64,000 nt of DNA, from the NCBI GenBank assembly GCA_041908795.1, contig JAYRER010000048.1, positions 18,413 to 82,412 on the forward strand. The letters are read 5' to 3'. The stretch is from Minisyncoccota bacterium. GTDB lineage: Bacteria > Patescibacteriota > Minisyncoccia > Phycocordibacterales > UBA12088. The position numbers and the translations under genes were made by a program. Below the pieces are notes generated by a model, which searched no databases, had not been told where the DNA came from, and was given only the letters and a program-made list of their open reading frames with translations. Positions 58,512 through 64,000 of this stretch are shown in pieces; the first letter of the stretch is position 1, and every line of letters starts with the position of its first letter.

Positions 58512-59348
58512 TCATTCTCCGCAGGTAAATATCACCGTCCCTTCAGTGCAGGTACTTCGTATTATTGAGCCCAGGGTATGCAAGCGTTCGAGCACCTCTT
58601 TATGAGGATGGCCGTAGCGGTTATCACACCCAGCAGACACAATAGCGGCTTTAGGCGCAACCGCTGAAAGAAATGATTCCGATGATGAGGTGCGACTTCC
58701 GTGGTGACCGAGCTTGAGCACATCACTTTGAAGCATTACTCTTGAATCCACGAGGTACTCTTCTATAAATGAAGGTGAGTCTCCAGTAAGGAGAAACGAG
58801 TTCGTACCACACATGAGGCGCGCCACTACCGAGCCACTGTTTGCCTCAAGCCCCGTCACATCTCGATCGGGAAAGAGTATGTCGAGACGCACCTTGGGCG
58901 CGAGCATGAGTGTCATACCCGTCTTCACAAGGACCGGCTTTAACCCCTCTTCGCGCACCGCATCAAGAAGCATGCGATAATCGTCGCCATCATCGGCAAC
59001 ACCTGGCTCAAGAAACAAGCCCACATCGTAGCGCTCAAACACGTCAGGTAAACCACCTATATGATCAAGATCAGGGTGAGTTGCCATCACCACATCAATA
59101 CGTCGCTCGCTGGGACGTAAGAGGCCTCCGAGCTCGCGCAGTACAGATGTATCTGTACCACCGTCAATGAGAAGGCGACTGCCGTTCTCGGCCTCAATGA
59201 AAATGGCATCGCCTTGCCCTACATCGAGGAAGGCGACGCGCGCACTACCCAACCGCTCCGTTCCCGTCACCTCAGTCCACACGAGTATGTTCACGGTGAT
59301 GAGTGCGAGGAGTGCGTACCACACTGCATATGTTCGGAAATACTCCAT
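58512..59348 (-). CDS. comEC: ComEC/Rec2 C-terminal metallo-beta-lactamase domain protein (stand-alone)
   Basis: LDVGQGDAIFIE...HPDLDHIGG...KLGHHGS (MBL motifs of the ComEC C-terminal domain) with an N-terminal TM helix. Confidence 0.8.
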   Translation of the reverse strand: MEYFRTYAVWYALLALITVNILVWTEVTGTERLGSARVAFLDVGQGDAIFIEAENGSRLLIDGGTDTSVLRELGGLLRPSERRIDVVMATHPDLDHIGGLPDVFERYDVGLFLEPGVADDGDDYRMLLDAVREEGLKPVLVKTGMTLMLAPKVRLDILFPDRDVTGLEANSGSVVARLMCGTNSFLLTGDSPSFIEEYLVDSRVMLQSDVLKLGHHGSRTSSSESFLSAVAPKAAIVSAGCDNRYGHPHKEVLERLHTLGSIIRSTCTEGTVIFTCGE

Positions 59349-59456
59349 TGTGTGAGTGTAGCATGCACATACACGCGCACATGGATAGTGGTAGATACGA
59401 AACAGAGCTCCGCACTGCGGCGGAGCATCTGAAACATATAATGTTTGTTTCTTGGT

Positions 59457-59786
59457 TCAAGTCGGAGCGCGGCCAACCAGTTTGAGGCATTCACGCGGGA
59501 ACAAGACCGGAAACGTAAGTGTGCGGAGATACCTACGTGTAAAGTGAAATCCCTTGTCGGTTGGCTTCAAAACATTCGCGTGGGGAAACACTGGACGCAC
59601 GTATACCAAGCGTACAGGTCCCCTCATTACCTCGTCGCTCTCACAATAGCGACTAAGGTACATAAAATCAGGAGTATGCACACAGTATAACTGTCCAAGT
59701 GGATGCCGCTTGTCAGTTGAGAACAAGTCGTGCATCACAAGCGACACAATATCGCCGCCCAAGAGTTCTGGATACTTCATTTCCAC
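59457..59786 (-). CDS. Hypothetical protein
   Basis: Strong SD (ctcaAGGAGGataagGTGgaaATG). 109 aa with no recognisable motifs. Confidence 0.5.
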   Translation of the reverse strand: MEMKYPELLGGDIVSLVMHDLFSTDKRHPLGQLYCVHTPDFMYLSRYCESDEVMRGPVRLVYVRPVFPHANVLKPTDKGFHFTRRYLRTLTFPVLFPRECLKLVGRAPT

Positions 59787-59810
59787 CTTATCCTCCTTGA
59801 GTGAGTGCCT

Positions 59811-60959
59811 TTACCTAACGGCGGACGCTACCGCATGGACCACCCGCTTGTCAAACGCACTCGGGATGATGTGCGTCGGAGTGGGCCTCGCCACGAGCGC
59901 AGCGAGCTTTTTCGCTGACCTAAGCTTCATCACATCGGTAATCTGACTCACCTTGTGAGTGAGCGCACCATGAAAGATACCGGGAAACGCCAGCACATTG
60001 TTGAGCTGGTTCGGAAAGTCGCTTCGCCCTGTCGCAACGACATACGCCCCCGCAGTCTTCGCTTCATCCGGCATAATTTCCGGCACCGGATTTGCAAGTG
60101 CAAAGACAATTGGTCGCTGTGCCATGATACGGATGTGCTCGGGGAGAATGGTGCTCGGGCCCGAGACACCAATGAGTACGTCGGCTCCCGCCGCCGCTTC
60201 ACGCACACCTCCCACTCTTCGTTCAAGGTTGGTAAGCTCCGCAAGCTCCTTCTTGTACGGCAAGAGATACTGACGATCGGGCTCGATGATACCCTTACTA
60301 TCAACCACCACCACATCTCCCACACCGTACGTAACAAGAAGCTTCGCAATCGCGGTTCCCGCAGCGCCAGCACCAACAATTGCAACACGCACCTTCTGCA
60401 CACTCTTACGTACCACCTTGAGCGCATTAATGAGGCCTGCGAGCACTACAATTGCAGTACCATGCTGGTCGTCGTGCATGACGGGTATTGAGAGCTCCTC
60501 TTTGAGTCGTGTTTCTATTTCGAAACACTGTGGTGCCGCAATGTCTTCGAGGTTGATACCCCCGAATGAAGGCGCAAGTGCTTTTACGATGGCAATAATC
60601 TCCTCCGGGTCCTGTGTCGAAAGCACGAGTGGCACCGCGTCCACACACCCAAACTCCTTAAAGAGAAGCGCCTTCCCTTCCATGACGGGAAGCGCACCTT
60701 CGGGCCCAATGTTGCCGAGCCCCAAGACCGCCGAGCCGTCGGAAATGACGGCAACCGTACGACCCGTCCACGTGTATTCGCGCGTCCTTTCGGGGTGCTC
60801 GTGGAGAAACGTGGACACTGCTCCCACACCGGGTGTGTAGAGGAGCTTGAGCGCCTCGCGCGTGGCACGTGCCGTACCCCGGATCTCAATCTTACCTCCG
60901 AGCTTCTTATGAAGGGCGAGCGCTTGGTGCGCTACGGTGCGCGGAGTGCGGGGTTTCAT
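59811..60959 (-). CDS. NAD(P)-dependent malic enzyme
   Basis: TPGVG...VVVDSKGI...GAGAAG and FNDDQHGTA-like VMHDDQHGTAIV. Confidence 0.9.
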   Translation of the reverse strand: MKPRTPRTVAHQALALHKKLGGKIEIRGTARATREALKLLYTPGVGAVSTFLHEHPERTREYTWTGRTVAVISDGSAVLGLGNIGPEGALPVMEGKALLFKEFGCVDAVPLVLSTQDPEEIIAIVKALAPSFGGINLEDIAAPQCFEIETRLKEELSIPVMHDDQHGTAIVVLAGLINALKVVRKSVQKVRVAIVGAGAAGTAIAKLLVTYGVGDVVVVDSKGIIEPDRQYLLPYKKELAELTNLERRVGGVREAAAGADVLIGVSGPSTILPEHIRIMAQRPIVFALANPVPEIMPDEAKTAGAYVVATGRSDFPNQLNNVLAFPGIFHGALTHKVSQITDVMKLRSAKKLAALVARPTPTHIIPSAFDKRVVHAVASAVR

Positions 60960-61044
60960 GGGTCCATGCTACCACAACTCACACCTCATGCGCACACGCA
61001 CCACACGTGCTACCATATGTGACATACCAACTCACCACACCACC

Positions 61045-61644
61045 ATGCAGTACGAAGCGCGCACCTTTACACTGCCGGAAATTCCCGGCCTCTCCAAAGA
61101 CCAGCTTGAGGTCCACCTCGGACTCTACCAAGGGTACGTCAAGCACGTGAACCTCCTCTACGCGGAGCTCACGAAACTATCCGACTTCGGTGATGAACAC
61201 ACGTACACCATCGCCGAGCTTCGCCGACGACTCGGGTTCGAGTGGAACGGCATGCGGCTCCATGAGCTCTACTTCGAACAGCTCGAAGGGGGAGCGCGCG
61301 TTGCCGATGCCGACATCAAGTTCCACGAGCTCCTCCTCATGCAGTACTCATCGTTCACCAATTGGCTTCAAAACTTTAAATCAGTTCCCGCGCGAGGCCC
61401 GGGCTGGGCACTCCTCACGTACGACCCACTCGCACGTAGGTTTCACCATGTCTGGGCGGCCGACCACGAGGTGGGCCAACTCGCAACACTCCCCGTGCTC
61501 CTCGCGGTCGACCACTGGGAGCACGCCTACATGGTGGACTACAAACCTACAGAGAAAGGAAAGTACGTGGAAGCGTTCTTCAACGCACTCAATTGGGACA
61601 TCGTGGCGAAACGGTTCGACGATGCGACACGTACGAACGTGTAG
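61045..61644 (+). CDS. sodA: Fe/Mn superoxide dismutase
   Basis: DHWEHAY signature. Start trimmed to MQYEARTFTLPE (61045). Confidence 0.9.
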   Translation: MQYEARTFTLPEIPGLSKDQLEVHLGLYQGYVKHVNLLYAELTKLSDFGDEHTYTIAELRRRLGFEWNGMRLHELYFEQLEGGARVADADIKFHELLLMQYSSFTNWLQNFKSVPARGPGWALLTYDPLARRFHHVWAADHEVGQLATLPVLLAVDHWEHAYMVDYKPTEKGKYVEAFFNALNWDIVAKRFDDATRTNV

Positions 61645-63102
61645 CTACTCGCGACTCGCAGAGGTGCGCCAACGCACGTAGACGCTGATCGCCACAAGGT
61701 AGATACCGCACACGAGAAGTGGTGGGGGAGGCGGAACCGTAAGCGATGCGAAGGGTGCCTGCGCGAGCACGTGTGCGACACCGAGAAGGTATGCGAGAAT
61801 AGCGTGCGAAAAGAGCCCGAAGGGTGACGCGAGCGTCCCGCTTATGAGTCCGGCACACCCGGCAAGAAACGACACGAGCATGGCGAGCGGAATAACGGGA
61901 AGCGCGAGGAGGTTCGCGAGGAGCGCAACGAGTGAGAGCTCACCCGTGAGTGAGAGGAGGAGTGGAGCGACCGCACACTGTGTCGCAAGCGTGGCGGCGA
62001 CAATCGCACGAGCTCCGAATGAAGCGGGAATCCATGCAAGGCGACGCTCAAACCACGGCGAGAGCGTCACGAGTCCCGCGGTTGCGATGACGGAGAGCTG
62101 AAAGCCCGGATCGGAAAGGAGGATGAGTGGATTCCACATCACCATGAGAAACGACGCAACGAGAAGCAGGTGGAGCACCTCGACAGGCCGCACGAGGGAC
62201 CGAGCGAGGAGTGCGAGGAGTGCCATTATCGCCGCACGCACCGCCGCGGCACCCGCTCCCGCCATGAGTGTGAATGCCACAATAGCCCCCGCACCGACCG
62301 TAAAGCCTACACGTTGAGGAAACGCCCGCATGAGGAGGAGTACCGCGGTTGCGATGATGGTGAGGTTGAAGCCGGAGAGCACCACCACGTGGGTGAGTCC
62401 GACGACACGGAACTCCTCGGTAATTTTTTCACCGAGTGAGCGTTTCGCTCCCACGAGAAGCCCCGAGGCAAGCGCACTCTCCGGCTCGGACACCGTACGG
62501 TAGAGCGCACGCAAAAAAATGTGTTTCCCTTCGATGAGTGCGCGTCGCATGCCACGTCCCTCGCAGAGCACCTCGACCTTTGCAAACGGCACCTCGTAGA
62601 GGATGCCGTCTTTCGCAAGGTAGCGCGGGTAGTTGAAGGTACCCGCGTCCGTCGTGAACGGTTCGGGCCTTTTCAACGTTCCCAGAACACGCACTGTGTC
62701 CCCAAATCGCACGGGGGTGCGTCGCGGCGCATGTACCAACATCCGCACCTCTCGCGTGTTCTCGCGCGCTTCTACGGCAACCGTGAGGAGTGTGCGATTC
62801 TCGCGCACATCCGGTTCGCGCACCACCACACCCTCGTATGCAACCTTCGTACCGAGCTGTGCATCGAACTGTGCGTCGGGCACGGGGAGCGCAAGCTCGG
62901 TACGTACGGCTCCCGACACCGTAGCGACACACGCGAGTGCAAGCAAGAGAAATGGGCGACGTTGCGTGGCCGTGTAGAGACCCGTAAGCATAAGTGCGGC
63001 TCCCATACCCGCTCCCACGACAACGAGGGACACCTCAAACTCCGACCGTACGAATACACCCGTAAAGAACCCTGCGATGAGCGTGTAGAAAAACGGACGC
63101 AC
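61645..63102 (-). CDS. comEC: ComEC/Rec2 N-terminal part (DUF4131 plus Competence channel domain), stand-alone
   Basis: 485 aa. An N-terminal OB/DUF4131-like region is followed by a polytopic Competence domain (LTHVVVLSGFNLTIIATAV...). Confidence 0.8.
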   Translation of the reverse strand: MRPFFYTLIAGFFTGVFVRSEFEVSLVVVGAGMGAALMLTGLYTATQRRPFLLLALACVATVSGAVRTELALPVPDAQFDAQLGTKVAYEGVVVREPDVRENRTLLTVAVEARENTREVRMLVHAPRRTPVRFGDTVRVLGTLKRPEPFTTDAGTFNYPRYLAKDGILYEVPFAKVEVLCEGRGMRRALIEGKHIFLRALYRTVSEPESALASGLLVGAKRSLGEKITEEFRVVGLTHVVVLSGFNLTIIATAVLLLMRAFPQRVGFTVGAGAIVAFTLMAGAGAAAVRAAIMALLALLARSLVRPVEVLHLLLVASFLMVMWNPLILLSDPGFQLSVIATAGLVTLSPWFERRLAWIPASFGARAIVAATLATQCAVAPLLLSLTGELSLVALLANLLALPVIPLAMLVSFLAGCAGLISGTLASPFGLFSHAILAYLLGVAHVLAQAPFASLTVPPPPPLLVCGIYLVAISVYVRWRTSASRE

Positions 63103-63203
63103 ACCTCTACGGTACCATGCGGTGCGCTGGCGGCTACCACTTGCAAACTCCTGTGGTGCCTGTACAGTGCTCGCTAGTCAACAACGCCATTTGGGAGATC
63201 AGT

Positions 63204-63659
63204 ATGGATGGTGCTACCCATAGCCCAACAATTCAAGAGATACGTACGGCCGCGCGTGCTCGCAGGAAGAACGAAATACGAAAACAGGAACAACAGTTCG
63301 AAGACAATTGGCGTAATAACATCAAGGACGTCCTCGACAGGGCGGCGGATGAGGATGTGGACGCAGTTGAAGTGTATGCGCTCACCGACAATGATGTGGA
63401 TGAGGTCACAAAACGCGCACGCATACTGGCGCATCTACATGACACCAACACGCTCACAAGGGAACACTTGCGAGGGAGAGCGCACGTAATCGCGCGCATC
63501 ATCGAGGAGCATAGGTGCTCCGTCGCCATCCGTCTCTGCCCTCCATACAACGGCGAGGGGCCGGGCCGACTGCGGCTCAACGTCACAAGCTTTGTGCTCT
63601 GCGCCGAGCTCCCCGAGCCGGAGGAGTCTTTCGTTCTCACGGACGACATGCGCACGTAG
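63204..63659 (+). CDS. Hypothetical protein
   Basis: SD ttGGGAGatcagtATG. 151 aa, acidic, no recognisable motifs. Confidence 0.45.
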   Translation: MDGATHSPTIQEIRTAARARRKNEIRKQEQQFEDNWRNNIKDVLDRAADEDVDAVEVYALTDNDVDEVTKRARILAHLHDTNTLTREHLRGRAHVIARIIEEHRCSVAIRLCPPYNGEGPGRLRLNVTSFVLCAELPEPEESFVLTDDMRT

Positions 63660-63721
63660 GCTGCTCCGCAAGCTTGAAAGCACCGACGCCGGTCACCACA
63701 ACGTGGTGACCGGCGCTTCCG

Positions 63722-64000
63722 TTACCTACCTTGATCCATCGCCTCGTTCGCGAGGCGATCGGCGCGACTGTTTTCCGCGCGTGGAATGTGGGTGAAGGTG
63801 ACGTGCGGGAAGTCTTTGACGCGCATGTTGTGAATACTGATGAAGAGTGGGAAGAGCGACTCCTCTTTGATTTGGTAGATGCCGGAGAGCTGGCGGGCGA
63901 CGAGCTCGGAGTCCATGCGCACCTCAACCTCCAAGTTCTTACACTGCGGTGCACCGAACTGCTTTTTCACCATTTCAAGTCCGAGGATGACCGCATGGTA
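63722..64000 (-). CDS. rnhA: Ribonuclease HI, truncated at the window end (N-terminus outside)
   Basis: C-terminus ...HIPRAENSRADRLANEAMD. The frame stays open to the window edge (…YHAVILGLEMVKKQF…). Confidence 0.8.
   Translation of the reverse strand, partial: YHAVILGLEMVKKQFGAPQCKNLEVEVRMDSELVARQLSGIYQIKEESLFPLFISIHNMRVKDFPHVTFTHIPRAENSRADRLANEAMDQGR

Noticed and set aside
1-64000. Genome-wide UGA recoding (code 25, TGA=Gly) to explain the in-frame TGA at about 10123
   Set aside because: Long conserved genes (tuf, fusA, recG) contain no internal TGAs, and many genes terminate with TGA. The standard code applies.
1-64000. CRISPR arrays, transposases/IS elements, integrases, rRNA
   Set aside because: None was detected on inspection. 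No spacer-repeat periodicity and no DDE or tyrosine-recombinase-like ORFs are present.

Overview
The window looks like a compact bacterial chromosome of moderately high GC (about 55-60%). The gene content (PilM, ComFC, split ComEC, RecG, RNase HI, SodA, malic enzyme, no obvious core biosynthesis) suggests a reduced-genome lineage such as Patescibacteria/CPR, but that is a tentative inference. Layout: (i) 1-10.3 kb holds competence and cell-wall genes (pilM partial, comFC, tRNA-Ser(GCT), a 6TM voltage-sensor channel with a degenerate K+ filter, an L,D-transpeptidase fused to a PBP5-like domain, a PduO-type adenosyltransferase, recG, a TVP38/DedA protein, and a gene interrupted by an in-frame TGA). 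(ii) 10.3-45.9 kb is a ~35 kb, compositionally mosaic glycan biosynthesis and modification island: about 10 glycosyltransferases, 2 GT-C membrane transferases (one fused to GtrA), a priming phosphotransferase, WecB, 4 SDR epimerases, a nucleotidyltransferase, a carbamoyltransferase, an FAD oxidoreductase, 2 tandem truncated Ugd-like dehydrogenases, and four paralogous polysaccharide-deacetylase plus SAM-methyltransferase modules. It has no Wzx/Wzy/ABC exporter and carries a ParDE toxin-antitoxin pair. (iii) 46.5-55.3 kb is the str/S10 ribosomal region on the minus strand (rpsL-rpsG-fusA-[insert]-tuf-rpsJ-[insert]-rplC-rplD-rplW-rplB). It stops after rplB instead of continuing to rpsS. (iv) 55.4-64 kb holds a site-2 protease, rpmB, a PH-domain membrane protein, an AT-rich secreted esterase, comEC split into two genes 2.3 kb apart, malic enzyme, sodA and rnhA (partial). 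No CRISPR arrays, transposases or rRNA were seen. Coordinates taken from the ORF track are exact; coordinates read off the sequence lines (tRNA, repeats, promoters, terminators) may be off by 1-2 nt.
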